61,702 nt of DNA from contig CAYWEY010000001.1 of assembly GCA_964457955.1 (NCBI GenBank), forward strand, positions 38,277 through 99,978, in the 5' to 3' direction. Shown in pieces: positions 1 through 10,600 of this stretch. Below the pieces are notes generated by a model, which saw only the letters and a list, made by a program, of their open reading frames with translations, searched no databases and had not been told where the DNA came from. Source of the stretch: Candidatus Woesearchaeota archaeon. GTDB taxonomy: Archaea > Nanobdellota > Nanobdellia > Tiddalikarchaeales > Tiddalikarchaeaceae. Made by a program: the position numbers and the translations under genes. Within the stretch, counting starts at the first letter, position 1. Every line of letters starts with the position of its first letter.

Positions 1-260
1 AGGAATGCTTGAGCAGTCTGGTCTATTAATTCTGCTTGTTCAGGAGGATATACAAAATTTCTCTCAGTGCTTAGTATTATATTAGTGACTGCTCCTGACG
101 AGATTATGTGGTCTGTAACTTTCTCCATGCACATTTCAGAATCTTCTATACTAGGATAATAAGGACATCCTGTGCAATCTATTCTGAGATTCCTCTCAGC
201 ACCTTCTCTTTCTATTTCAACTTTTTCACATGCGTCTTCGCCATATTTTGCTGCAGCCAT
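1..260 (-). CDS. hypothetical protein, N-terminal part only (gene runs off the left edge)
   Basis: ATG at 260-258 (minus strand), then an open frame to position 1 (MAAAKYGEDACEKVEIEREGAERNLRIDCTGCPYYPSIEDSEMCMEKV...). Absent from the ORF track because no stop lies in the window. Divergent from 337..744 across a 76-nt A/T-rich spacer. Confidence 0.5.
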   Translation of the reverse strand, partial: MAAAKYGEDACEKVEIEREGAERNLRIDCTGCPYYPSIEDSEMCMEKVTDHIISSGAVTNIILSTERNFVYPPEQAELIDQTAQAF

Positions 261-310
261 AAATACCGAAACATTATTATTATTTCTTAACAATTGTTAT
301 TATAATACTA

Positions 311-325
311 CGTATATAAAAAAAG
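311..325 (+). promoter_or_regulatory. TATA-like box for 337..744 (near-leaderless)
   Basis: cgtatataaaaaaag lies about 12-26 nt upstream of the ATG at 337, the typical archaeal TATA position for a short or absent leader. Confidence 0.3.
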
Positions 326-336
326 TTTGGTATAAA

Positions 337-744
337 ATGGCTGTTCCTGAAAAACAACAAAAAAGTAAAAAGTCTCAGAAAAAAGAAGGTGCTGGGATTA
401 GTGCGCAGAAAATTCTTGAAAGAATTAATAATATCAGCTCCCGGCTCAGGCTTACTGAGGAGCGCATAAATAATAATCGTGAAAGATTGAAAGTTTTTGA
501 TGCTGACTTAATGGAGAGTAAGAAAAACATTAATAATGATATTAAAGAGATTGAAAGTGAAATTAGGGATGTTAAGAAAAATATTAAAAGATTGGAGGAT
601 AATATTCAACATATTATTAAGGAGTTGGAGTTAATGGCAAGAAAACAGGATGTTAAAGTTATTGAAAAATATGTTGATATGATGGACCCTTCTCGCTATA
701 TTACTAAAGAAGAGGTTCTTAAATTACTGGAGAAAAGGGAGTGA
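337..744 (+). CDS. coiled-coil protein, K/E-rich (135 aa)
   Basis: Track ORF 172..744 trimmed to the internal ATG at 337 (MAVPEKQQKSKK...), because the upstream part overlaps the minus-strand gene 1..260 and the promoter spacer. Heptad-like K/E/I/L pattern. Confidence 0.6.
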   Translation: MAVPEKQQKSKKSQKKEGAGISAQKILERINNISSRLRLTEERINNNRERLKVFDADLMESKKNINNDIKEIESEIRDVKKNIKRLEDNIQHIIKELELMARKQDVKVIEKYVDMMDPSRYITKEEVLKLLEKRE

Positions 745-750
745 TTATTC

Positions 751-1362
751 TTGGCTGATAAAAAAAATGTTCCTGTTAAAGAAGTTATTGATATGAAAAA
801 GAAGGGAATGGATAATAATAAGATTATAAACGAGTTAAGGAAAAAGAATTATAATTATAAACAAATTAGGGATGCTCTTGAGCAGGCAAGTATTAAGAAG
901 AGTGTGGTTGGTTCTCCTTCAGGCGCTCCCAGCCCGCCTCCGGAAGGGCCTCCAGGCGCGCCTCCTTCAGAAGAGAGTCCTCCAGCAGCAGGACCAGCAC
1001 CTCCTTCTGGTATGCCTAAAAAACAATCAGTTGATATTGACCAGATTCAGCGAATTATTGAAGAAATCATAAGTGAGAAGTGGGAGGAGAGTGAAGAGCG
1101 TCTGAAAAAAATTGAAGAATGGAAAAGCAATATGAGTGCGCGTGTTGAAGGTTATGAGAAGCGGTTGGATGATTTCAGCAGTAGTTTGTCTAACATGGAG
1201 GGAGTTTTGAGCGAGAAAGCAGAAGAATTCAATGAGAGTATGCAGAATGTTGAGACTGAGATGAAGGCTTTGGAGAAAGCACTGAACAGGATTGTTCCAA
1301 GCCTGAGTGATAATATTAGAGAATTAAAAGATGTTGTTAGTGAAATGAAAAAAGAGAAATGA
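751..1362 (+). CDS. coiled-coil protein with small N-terminal helical domain and Pro/Ala/Gly/Ser-rich linker
   Basis: TTG start 7 nt after the previous stop, with GGAG about 10 nt upstream. The GC-rich island around 900-1010 encodes SPSGAPSPPPEGPPGAPPSEESPPAAGPAPPSG. The C-terminal half is coiled-coil-like. Confidence 0.6.
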   Translation: MADKKNVPVKEVIDMKKKGMDNNKIINELRKKNYNYKQIRDALEQASIKKSVVGSPSGAPSPPPEGPPGAPPSEESPPAAGPAPPSGMPKKQSVDIDQIQRIIEEIISEKWEESEERLKKIEEWKSNMSARVEGYEKRLDDFSSSLSNMEGVLSEKAEEFNESMQNVETEMKALEKALNRIVPSLSDNIRELKDVVSEMKKEK

Positions 1363-1363
1363 T

Positions 1364-1921
1364 TTATTTCTCCGCAGTCATCATGTAAGTTATTACCGCG
1401 AATAATACTAGAACGAATATTACTCCAACCACTTTAGGCTGAGTAACTACTGCCATCGGGTCCGTGAGTGTTTCCGGTGTTACTTCTTCTGTTGGTGTTC
1501 CTATACTAACGTTTCCACTTATTTCTGTACGAGTCTGATTAAGTGATATTGTCACTAATGAGAGTATTATTATCATTAGCATCATCCATACTGCGGGTTC
1601 TTTCAAGAATTTAACAATTGTTTCAGGCTTTAATCCCATCCACGTAATCAGCAATAATACTATTAGCAGGAATACAGCGAATATTAGGACTACAGGCATA
1701 AAATTAAGTATGAACCTGTTAAGAGTTAGGGAAACTATTGAAAGTATTCCTGCTGCTATTGCAACCATTGCATTAACGTCATGCCTGTCTCCGAATAGTT
1801 TTGATTTTTCAAGAACACCATACAATGCTGCTGAAACTATCATGAAAGGAACCAGAACATCAAATATTCCTATCTGATTAAGTACTTCAACTGCTTCCAT
1901 TGCTAAAGATGGTTCTGCCAT
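1364..1921 (-). CDS. polytopic membrane protein, paralogue family with 2504..3133
   Basis: Several hydrophobic helices. Shared motif IGIFDVLVPFMIVSAALYGVLEKSKLF (compare GFLDIVIPFILFYSIVFGMLERTQLF in 2504..3133). Last gene of the giant-protein operon. Confidence 0.7.
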   Translation of the reverse strand: MAEPSLAMEAVEVLNQIGIFDVLVPFMIVSAALYGVLEKSKLFGDRHDVNAMVAIAAGILSIVSLTLNRFILNFMPVVLIFAVFLLIVLLLITWMGLKPETIVKFLKEPAVWMMLMIIILSLVTISLNQTRTEISGNVSIGTPTEEVTPETLTDPMAVVTQPKVVGVIFVLVLFAVITYMMTAEK

Positions 1922-1961
1922 ATTCTTATAAATACTATTTTTTATATTATAAAATTTGTCT

Positions 1962-2498
1962 TTAATCCCTGTAGGCTTTTCCTACAGCAAGTCCAATAAG
2001 CAGGAATATTAAGAATATTATTGTGAATATTGCAAGAGCATCCATCCAATTAGTCATAAGCCAGTTTATTATTGGAGTAATCCAGTCAGTGTTTATTGAT
2101 AATTCTTTCAATCCCAGCCATACTGTTAGTATTATTCCTGCAATTATTGCTATAATCATTCCTTTCTCTTTATGCTCTGCAGGCATCACATAATATAGTA
2201 CGCTTCCTATTCCTATTGTGAATGCTGCGAAGAATCCGAAGAATGAGAGAACTTCAGCAAGAAAAGTTATGTAAGATACTGTGACAGTCATATAACCCAT
2301 TGCTATTGCAATAAGTATTCTAACACCCCTATATCTCGGGTCTTTGAATAATGGAGTGTATCCTGTTGCTGCGAATATTATGCTGAATACTAAGAAAAAG
2401 ATTAGGATGTACTCGATTCCTTGTGTTCCAGTTACATTCTCTATTACTGTTATTGCTTCTACAAACTGATTTATTGGGTCCAATAATGCATTAACCAT
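1962..2498 (-). CDS. polytopic membrane protein (diverged member of the same trio)
   Basis: Hydrophobic helices throughout. The gap to the upstream gene is 5 nt. Confidence 0.65.
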   Translation of the reverse strand: MVNALLDPINQFVEAITVIENVTGTQGIEYILIFFLVFSIIFAATGYTPLFKDPRYRGVRILIAIAMGYMTVTVSYITFLAEVLSFFGFFAAFTIGIGSVLYYVMPAEHKEKGMIIAIIAGIILTVWLGLKELSINTDWITPIINWLMTNWMDALAIFTIIFLIFLLIGLAVGKAYRD

Positions 2499-2503
2499 GA
2501 TAA

Positions 2504-3133
2504 TTATCCTTCAGGACGCCTTGTCACCAGCATTACTAATCCTATAATCACTGCGAGCACTACGAGGGGAATAATAGTGTTCATCACTTCAGGAGTGAGT
2601 ATGTCTGATATTTGGATTCCTAATATTTTTCCTGCCTGCATATTCATTAATGGAGTGCATGTTTCAGGATTGTTTCCTGTGCACGGCTCAACGAGTAATC
2701 CACTGTAATAAAAAGCGATTATTGCTCCTGCAAGCAATGCTGTTATTGCGAACCCCCAGCCTATAAAATTGTATATTTTATTATCTTTCTGCATTTCTTC
2801 AAATTGTTCTCCGAATATCATGGAGAGCGTGAGCATTACGCCTATAAGGATTAGGCTTATAACACTTAGTACTGGCAGGTATGCTCTTGTTATCCCTATT
2901 AGTTGGGCGGCGCTTGTTGCTGTTATTGCTATAGCGAAAGCAATCAGGCTGTGAAGATTAGTAAGTCTCTTACTAATTTTCTCTTCCTCAGGACGCTTGA
3001 ATAACTGCGTCCTTTCAAGCATTCCGAACACGATAGAATAAAAAAGTATGAAAGGAATCACAATATCAAGAAAACCCCACTCAGCCAAATACCTGAACCC
3101 AGTGGCGATAACACTCTCATTACCATTAGTCAT
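2504..3133 (-). CDS. polytopic membrane protein, paralogue of 1364..1921
   Basis: Shares the FLDIVIPF...FGMLERTQLF motif. Has 4-5 hydrophobic helices. Confidence 0.7.
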   Translation of the reverse strand: MTNGNESVIATGFRYLAEWGFLDIVIPFILFYSIVFGMLERTQLFKRPEEEKISKRLTNLHSLIAFAIAITATSAAQLIGITRAYLPVLSVISLILIGVMLTLSMIFGEQFEEMQKDNKIYNFIGWGFAITALLAGAIIAFYYSGLLVEPCTGNNPETCTPLMNMQAGKILGIQISDILTPEVMNTIIPLVVLAVIIGLVMLVTRRPEG

Positions 3134-3178
3134 AAAATAAATAATAAAAATTTAATACTTAAAAAAGTTTTTAACCCA

Positions 3179-5077
3179 CTATTTTAATAATTGATTAAGA
3201 GTATATTCTATCTTTTCCTTATTCTCTTTTATTTTCTTAAAATATTTTTCTTTCCCGTCCTTCCCCAAATTCATCATCTTTTCATAATATTCGTATATTT
3301 TTTTTAAACCATCCAAATCCTCGTTTTTAAGAATTTCTTTCCATATTTTTCCTTCATGCAAGTCAATATTCGTGTTGTAAAAGAATTGTTTAAGAACCCT
3401 GAGCAATATGAGCATTCTCCCTTTCAAAGTATGCTCTTCAGATAAAGTAAGATACTCCTCTATCCTTTTCTTCAACATTTTCTTGTTCTTTTCAACTAAA
3501 TCCTTACTTTCAACCTTTTTTTCGTAAGCTCTTTTAAATTTCTCCTTCAAATACTCTTTATAGAAATAACTCCATACATTAATCCATTCATCAATATTCT
3601 TTTTCTTCAAATCTTTAAATAATAAAAAGTTTTCATAAAAACCTGTTCTGAGCCTTCCGAAAAGAACTAATTTCGCGAATCCTGAAACTAAATAATTATT
3701 TTCATATTCTTCATTCTCTTTATCTAATCTTAACTTAACTAATGATTTAAAATAAGTTTTATTTTCATTACTTAATTTTTTGTAAAAATCATTGATATCA
3801 AAACTGTTTAATTCATCGATTATTTTCTTTAAATCTTTTTCATCTTCTAAATCTTTAAGCTTTGTTCTCATAATCTGTTCATAAAGATTAATATTCAGTA
3901 TTGAAGCAATTTTTTCAGCATATTCTTCAGGACTTTTTTTCTTCAGATTAAGTAATTTCTTAATATTACTGATTATTTCAAGAATGTTTTCAGGAATATT
4001 GGATAACAAATCCTGAACTTTCTTTTTAAAACTTTTATACTTATTCTTCTCAAGACTAGTCAAGTGTTCAGAATAATTCTCAAACAAATATTTTTTCAAA
4101 TCTACAATATCATCAACCATTTTTTCTATACCAAATATTTCATTAATATCATTATCTAAATTATTCATAATAAATTCTTTTTCAGGAAAATCAGAGCCTC
4201 CCTTATCAATAAAACCATACATTATTCGACTAAGAATTTTTTTGAAATCCCGTAAGAACTTATTATTCTCACGATAATATTTTGAAAAGTTAAAATAATC
4301 TGCTTTTATAAATTCATTAATTGCTTTAATATCATAAGAGTCCATAATACTCTCCAACCATTTCTTCAGAATTAAGTAAAAATCATGATGATTGTAAAAA
4401 AGAATTATTTGTCTATAATAAAATTTTGAATTAGTAATCATATAACGAGTATTAGCAACTTTTGTTTTACCAGACTTAAAAGAATCTTCAACTTTTCCTA
4501 TGGTCATGTTAATTCTCCCCAATTTTGGGAATTCATTTAATTTAAAATGTTCATAACAGTATTTTAGTCTGTTGAAAAGCAGTTCTTCACTGCCTGTTTT
4601 TTCTGATACTTTTTTTATTTTTTCCAAAACTTCTTCTTCATAATCATAATCAGGAAAATTAACAAGTATTTTGTCATAAAAATCTTCATCAACAAAATTA
4701 TAACAGAATAATTGGAAAAGACTTGGGTATTTTGTTAAAAAAGTTTTATCTTCCATAACACTTTTTTCTTCACTTATCCTTTTCATTTCTTTGAAATTTG
4801 AGAATAATTTTTTGAACCATTTTTTTTCTTCATTAAATCTATAATACATTTGGCTCAAACGATGAGAACTTAAATCCTCCAAAACCTGATATGTTCTAAA
4901 AATATTCTTGTCTTCAGGAATTTCACCTAATTCCTTATTTATCTTTTTTCTTAATTTTTTCTTTTCTTTATTCCCTACTTTTACGAATTTATAATCAGTT
5001 TTTTTAATGAATTCATTAAATTTTTTGACTAATTTCATACTGTTTCCTGACGCTTCTGAATTGCTTGCTGCACTCAT
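3179..5077 (-). CDS. large hypothetical protein (632 aa), K/E/N/F/Y-rich, no recognisable motif
   Basis: Long uninterrupted ORF. Its ATG overlaps the upstream stop (ATGA at 5074-5077). No TM segments or catalytic motifs seen. Confidence 0.75.
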   Translation of the reverse strand: MSAASNSEASGNSMKLVKKFNEFIKKTDYKFVKVGNKEKKKLRKKINKELGEIPEDKNIFRTYQVLEDLSSHRLSQMYYRFNEEKKWFKKLFSNFKEMKRISEEKSVMEDKTFLTKYPSLFQLFCYNFVDEDFYDKILVNFPDYDYEEEVLEKIKKVSEKTGSEELLFNRLKYCYEHFKLNEFPKLGRINMTIGKVEDSFKSGKTKVANTRYMITNSKFYYRQIILFYNHHDFYLILKKWLESIMDSYDIKAINEFIKADYFNFSKYYRENNKFLRDFKKILSRIMYGFIDKGGSDFPEKEFIMNNLDNDINEIFGIEKMVDDIVDLKKYLFENYSEHLTSLEKNKYKSFKKKVQDLLSNIPENILEIISNIKKLLNLKKKSPEEYAEKIASILNINLYEQIMRTKLKDLEDEKDLKKIIDELNSFDINDFYKKLSNENKTYFKSLVKLRLDKENEEYENNYLVSGFAKLVLFGRLRTGFYENFLLFKDLKKKNIDEWINVWSYFYKEYLKEKFKRAYEKKVESKDLVEKNKKMLKKRIEEYLTLSEEHTLKGRMLILLRVLKQFFYNTNIDLHEGKIWKEILKNEDLDGLKKIYEYYEKMMNLGKDGKEKYFKKIKENKEKIEYTLNQLLK

Positions 5078-7605
5078 GCTTCCACCTTCAAAACTTTACT
5101 ATCCAACAATTCTTTAACAGCATCTTTATCAATCAATTCTTTTTCTTCCATTTCTTTTTTGAATCTTTTTTTCGCTTTCTCAACAAAAGACTCATAATTT
5201 TCCAAACTCGCTCTTTTCAAAAACTTGTTTATATCTCCATAATCACCATCTCTTATAAATATTAATAAAGGAATACCGTGAAGCAGAAAATGATTAACGC
5301 ATTTCTCATTATCTGGTTTGTAATTCTTAAAAAAACGGTTCAGCATACTGAATATTTTTTTCTTAACTGATTCACTTAAACCTGCTTCATCTAAACGCTC
5401 TTTGAAAACATCCATATCTCCATCAGTTATTCCCTTAATCCTAGCAAAAAATTTTAGTTTCTTAAAGTCTTCAGGCTCAAAACCTTCCTCCAATTCTTTT
5501 ACTCTTCCAAAAAATTCGGATAAAGAAACATCTTTCTTGATTTCATCTAATTCTTCGCCATAAATTTTCTTATACTTCTCTTTTAATTCATTAATAAAGT
5601 CTTTGTGCAAAGTCCCTAAACCTTTTATTTGATTAATCAAGTTCTTCCATTCTTCATTATCCACATTATTCTTCCAATAATTGTTATAATCAGTAAATTC
5701 CTTAATTTTTTCTGAAAAATCTTCAAGTTTCTTAGTGAATTCTATACTATATGGTAATTCATAATTTTTAAGAAAACTCTTCAACTCTCTTTCAACATTA
5801 ATATCATCCAAATATTTCTTAATCTCCACAAATTTTTCCAAATCCTCATATTTCCATTCAAATTTTTTTTCTGAATACTCCTCTATTTTTTCATCTTCTG
5901 TTATTTTTTTCAAAAAACTTAATTTTTCTTTAATAGTTTCAACTCTTTCTTCATAAAAATTTTTAGAATTCTCCACAGCATTACTAAACTTACTAAAATC
6001 CTGAGGATAATCATCTGGTTTCTCATATAATAATTTGTTTATGAGTAAATTATAAATTTCATAATTCTTCAAAAAGAAATTAAAACTTTCCTCAAACTCT
6101 TTATACTCCCGAATGTCTAATTTATATTTATTACTTATTTGATTCATGCACTCATTCAACAGAGGTTTAAGAATATTATAATCACTAACATCGATATCTT
6201 CCTCCAGAAAATCATTAATGAGTTCAGTTTTCCTGAAATCATTAAAATCAAAAAGAAGGATTTTCTTAAAAGATTCATAATTCTCTTTTTTAAGTTCATC
6301 AATATCAAAATCTTTTCCTGCTAATTCTTGTTCAAAAATCTTGAAACCATCACTAATATTTTCCTTAACAAAATTCTCATCAACTTTTATTCCGAAAGCT
6401 TTTTTGTATAATTCTGCTATTTCTTCCCCTATACCTGCAGCTCCTTTTTCAACATTTCCTATCTTATTACCTAATATTTCAGAATAAAATTTAAAGCTCA
6501 TCTCTTCCTTCTTTTTCAAAGGTTTATATTCCTTAATTAATTCAACAACTTTTTCGTAACTATCAGCTTCAAGAATTCTTTCCTCTATTTTCTTAATAAC
6601 AGATAATCCTTGGTTTATAATGTTAATATTGTTTCGTCCGCCAATACTAACTTTTTCAAGAAAAGAAGTATCATATTTTTCTTCAAGGTCTTCACTAATA
6701 TTTAACTCCTCAAATTGTTCCAAAAACTTGATTAAAAAAACACTTGTTTTGTAAATGTTTTCTTTAATATTAACATCAACTCTGTAAGACAAGCTTGCCT
6801 CAAAATTTTCTTCATTAAAATCATAAGGTATTTCTTTAAAATAGTCCTCATAATTATTAAAATCAGTTATGTAAGTATTAAAATCATCAACCACTTTCTT
6901 AAGATTCTCTTTTCCTATTTCACCAAGTTTACTGAATAATTTTCTGTAAAAAAATAATTTTGTTATAAAAATAGAACTCACTCCATTACTCATACCCTTA
7001 AGTTCTTTCTTCCATTCATCAGGATTATAATTTATTTCATCGTCATCAATATCAAATTTTTTAAAATCGGAAGGCAATAATATTCTGATATTCTCTAATT
7101 TGGTGCGGAATTTTTCAACCTCATCAAAATACTTTTCCTTAAGTTCTTTATGTTCATTAATTATGTTTCTAATACATTCTTTAATCCCTCCAGGAGTAAA
7201 CATCATAACATAACTCCTATTCTCCCAACTTACCGATCCTAGAGAAGAAACTTTTGTATAGATATCTTCCGTGTAAATAAGCATTCCCATATATTCTTCA
7301 AACCTGTGTATGAGATTAAGACATTTTTCAAAATCAACATCTCCTGCAGTATTCTTTTTAAGAATGTTCTTGAATAATATTTTCACCAAATTATTAATTA
7401 ATTTTTTCTTGTTCTCCAGAATCTTTTTTTTATCTAAAGAACCATACTCATAATCAGGAATACTGGAATAAATTTTTTCATCATAATTTTTTTCTAAATA
7501 ATTTAACTGCTTCTCCACAGAACCATCCGAGTCAAATCTAAGGAATCTGTCTCTCTTTTCTTCTATTATTTTTAACAATTTTTTAAAATTCATGTTCCCA
7601 GTCAT
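5074..7605 (-). CDS. large hypothetical protein (843 aa), K/E/N/F/Y-rich, no recognisable motif
   Basis: Long ORF with ATGA overlaps at both ends (7602-7605 and 5074-5077). Confidence 0.75.
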   Translation of the reverse strand: MTGNMNFKKLLKIIEEKRDRFLRFDSDGSVEKQLNYLEKNYDEKIYSSIPDYEYGSLDKKKILENKKKLINNLVKILFKNILKKNTAGDVDFEKCLNLIHRFEEYMGMLIYTEDIYTKVSSLGSVSWENRSYVMMFTPGGIKECIRNIINEHKELKEKYFDEVEKFRTKLENIRILLPSDFKKFDIDDDEINYNPDEWKKELKGMSNGVSSIFITKLFFYRKLFSKLGEIGKENLKKVVDDFNTYITDFNNYEDYFKEIPYDFNEENFEASLSYRVDVNIKENIYKTSVFLIKFLEQFEELNISEDLEEKYDTSFLEKVSIGGRNNINIINQGLSVIKKIEERILEADSYEKVVELIKEYKPLKKKEEMSFKFYSEILGNKIGNVEKGAAGIGEEIAELYKKAFGIKVDENFVKENISDGFKIFEQELAGKDFDIDELKKENYESFKKILLFDFNDFRKTELINDFLEEDIDVSDYNILKPLLNECMNQISNKYKLDIREYKEFEESFNFFLKNYEIYNLLINKLLYEKPDDYPQDFSKFSNAVENSKNFYEERVETIKEKLSFLKKITEDEKIEEYSEKKFEWKYEDLEKFVEIKKYLDDINVERELKSFLKNYELPYSIEFTKKLEDFSEKIKEFTDYNNYWKNNVDNEEWKNLINQIKGLGTLHKDFINELKEKYKKIYGEELDEIKKDVSLSEFFGRVKELEEGFEPEDFKKLKFFARIKGITDGDMDVFKERLDEAGLSESVKKKIFSMLNRFFKNYKPDNEKCVNHFLLHGIPLLIFIRDGDYGDINKFLKRASLENYESFVEKAKKRFKKEMEEKELIDKDAVKELLDSKVLKVEA

Positions 7606-10600
7606 ATTAATGCATCCTCTAATTTAGGCAAATCCTTTAATAATTTAACAATCTTAAAATCATTATATAAGAAATCATATGATTCCGTCTCATCAGGTCC
7701 GGCTGTAGCAAATCTTCCAAGAACCTTACGATAAACTCTTTCAAGCTCTTCCTTAATGAACTCTCCTTCATCAATAGTGCTCAAATCAAAAACTAAAGCA
7801 CCTTCTAACTCTTTAATAACATCTCTGAATTCTTTCAAATGCTGAATGAACTTAACATATGATTTAATTGATTCTTTAACAGCAAAATAATAATTTTTAT
7901 CTAAATATTTTTGGGATTTTTCATCAAAATATTGATTTTTCACAATTTTAATTTTATTATATTTTCTAAAAACTGTTTCTAATTTATTAACAAAATCTTG
8001 GTAAAGATTTCTATCACCAACCATTTCATGAACAGGACGAATTGTGTTCCTTAAATAAATCATGAAAGCAAACTGTTTAAAAAAGAATTTCATTCTTTTC
8101 TTAACCCATTCATAATCTTCAGGAAACCCAAAATCCTGGTACGCAAAAACGCGGATGATGTCAAAAAAATCATAAAAATGTTCATCATCTTTTTCAATGT
8201 CTAAATCTTCTGCCTTTTCGGATAAGTCATAGAAATATTTTAACTCATTCTTTAACTCATCTACTACTCCTGGAGAATTAAAAAAAACATTCCTTTCCAA
8301 ATAATTCTTAAAATTATTAAAAGAGCTGAACTGTTTAAACCTAATCTTTCCTCCCTCCTCTTTAAAGATATTAATATCACTGTCTTCTTTACATAATTCT
8401 TCCTTAAGTTCCTCAATAACTTCACCAATCTTATCATCAAAAGTTTTGAAAGAATCAATAAAAATTTTAATTTTCCTAAACTTCTTAAAGTCATTTTCTT
8501 CTTCATTTATACTTCTTCTCTTTCTGTAAATTTGTTCATATAATTCTTTATTAGATTTATCTTTCTCAACTAGTTTATCAATAAGAACTTCATTATTCGC
8601 ATAATAATCAAGCTTATCCTTCAAAGAATCATAATATTTCATTACTTTATTCTTGAAATTTTTAAAATCAAAAGAATCATATCTTGATTTGAAATTATCA
8701 AAAATTTCTTCATATTTAGATGGATTTACAAACAAATTTAGTCTAGAATAAAAACTTTCTTCAGAAGGTGTGCTAATCGTCATCCCCCCTATTGTTTCTT
8801 CAACCTCTCCCCTAACTTCTTTATAATCCTTAAACCAAGTGCTTATCCTATACATTTCAGCTAAGTCTAAAAAATGATTATAAAAGAACAAAACCATCTC
8901 CCGTACATTCTCATCCAGGAATCCTTCTTTTTGCACATATTTAAGAAGAGGAAAGAATAATATCTTAACAAGGTCTTCATCAAGCTCAAAACTGTCTTCA
9001 TCAAAATTTTTATTAAAATATTTTTTATTATTCTTCTTAAAAAAAGAACCTATAATTCCAGAGAAATCATAATCCATAAAAATCTTGCCTCCAGAACTCT
9101 TCTTTATATTAATATCTCCTAATAGCTTTCTTTCAAAATCAATAGTTTGTCCATAGAGAATACTTTTCAAAATAAAAACAAGTCTGTCCCTCAAGTTAGC
9201 GTTATGTGTATTATTAAGATAATTTTCAAAATTATTAATCCATATTCCAGGAACATCACTTCTTCCAATTTCATTTAAAAAATCCCTGATTTTTCTATTA
9301 ATCGTATGCGATTCAATCTCAAAATCAGGTAGCAATTCTCCGAATTTTATTCCTGACTTCATAATATCAGCTTTAAAATTATTTATAAACTTCTCATCAT
9401 ATCCTTTTGCGACTTCATCAATCTTTCTTAATTCTTTTCTCTTTTTAACACCAACAGTTGAATCATACAAATTCTTTGCTAATTTTTTCTTAACCTTCTT
9501 ACCAGCACTAACTTCTTTTAATTTGTTTTCATAAACATCTTTCTCAACTTTTTCAGCAAGACTATTATACTCCTGGAACAATACTTGATTAACACCTGCC
9601 TCCTTCCTCCACTCCCTTATACGAGTAATGATTCCCAACTTGCGTTCCACTCTTTCAAAAGTAGGAATATTCTTCAAACGCAAATAATCATTAATATAAT
9701 AATCCATACTCTTAACAAGGTATGACTGAACATTATTAACTAATTTTAGATAAAAACTTTTGAAAGAACTCATCCTAGCATCATTCAAGACATGATTCTT
9801 CATATACTCCGGGCAAGTCTTCATCAAAATTTTTAAAAAAGAATTACAGAACACCATTGCCATATCTCTGCAGTAATTATTAAAACCTGCAACGAATAAG
9901 TGGCGGAAATCAAACACAATACTCCTCAAACTATCAAAAACTCCATTACTATAATAATCATAACGGCATGCAGGAATATTAAAATTCTCCCATAATTCTA
10001 AACTTAAATAACTAATAATTTGGTCAACAATTTTATCATGCTTCTTAACATATTTTCCTTTCAAATATTTTTTACGAAGAGATGATTTCTTAGCCGCCCT
10101 AGTTAAAATAGGAGAAGTAATATACCTAACTCTCTTATGCTTAAAACTCCTGTCACTGAATTTTAAGAAACTTATATTCCCCTCCTTATAAATGAATAAT
10201 TTGTTGGCTAAAGAATCAAACAAATTATCAACAAAATCCTTAACATAACCCTTATCAAAGGTTTTCCTGCTGAATTCATAATCTTCTGAATAATCAATAC
10301 CCTTATCATCATCAAGATCTTCAATCAAATAATTCAGCAATGCGTACATAACAAGGAACTGCTTGTCTCTTCTGTCCTTTCCTTTAAGGAACCACTTAAG
10401 CTTAAGTTCTTCTTCTTCCTTCACTAACTCCATGTGAGTTGATAAATAAGTGTTTGACAATGATAATAATTCAACAGCAGCATCATTAAAAAGGTCTTTT
10501 GGTTCAACTCCCCCCAATTTATCAACCAATTCACTCCTCTCCTCATAATACTTCTTGAACGATTCAGCTAAATAACCAAGAGCATAAATATCTGTATGTA

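Noticed and set aside
172-336. N-terminal 55 codons of track ORF 172..744
   Set aside because: This stretch overlaps the minus-strand gene 1..260 and the A/T-rich promoter spacer. The internal ATG at 337, with a TATA-like box upstream, is the plausible start.
872-1072. 66-aa ORF in the GC-rich patch
   Set aside because: It is an alternative frame of the Pro/Ala/Gly-rich linker of 751..1362, an artefact of the local GC-rich repeat-like codons.
4463-4474. SGKT in the 632-aa protein as a Walker A motif
   Set aside because: The context DSFKSGKT lacks the leading G/A of GxxxxGK[ST], and there is no Walker B or other NTPase context.
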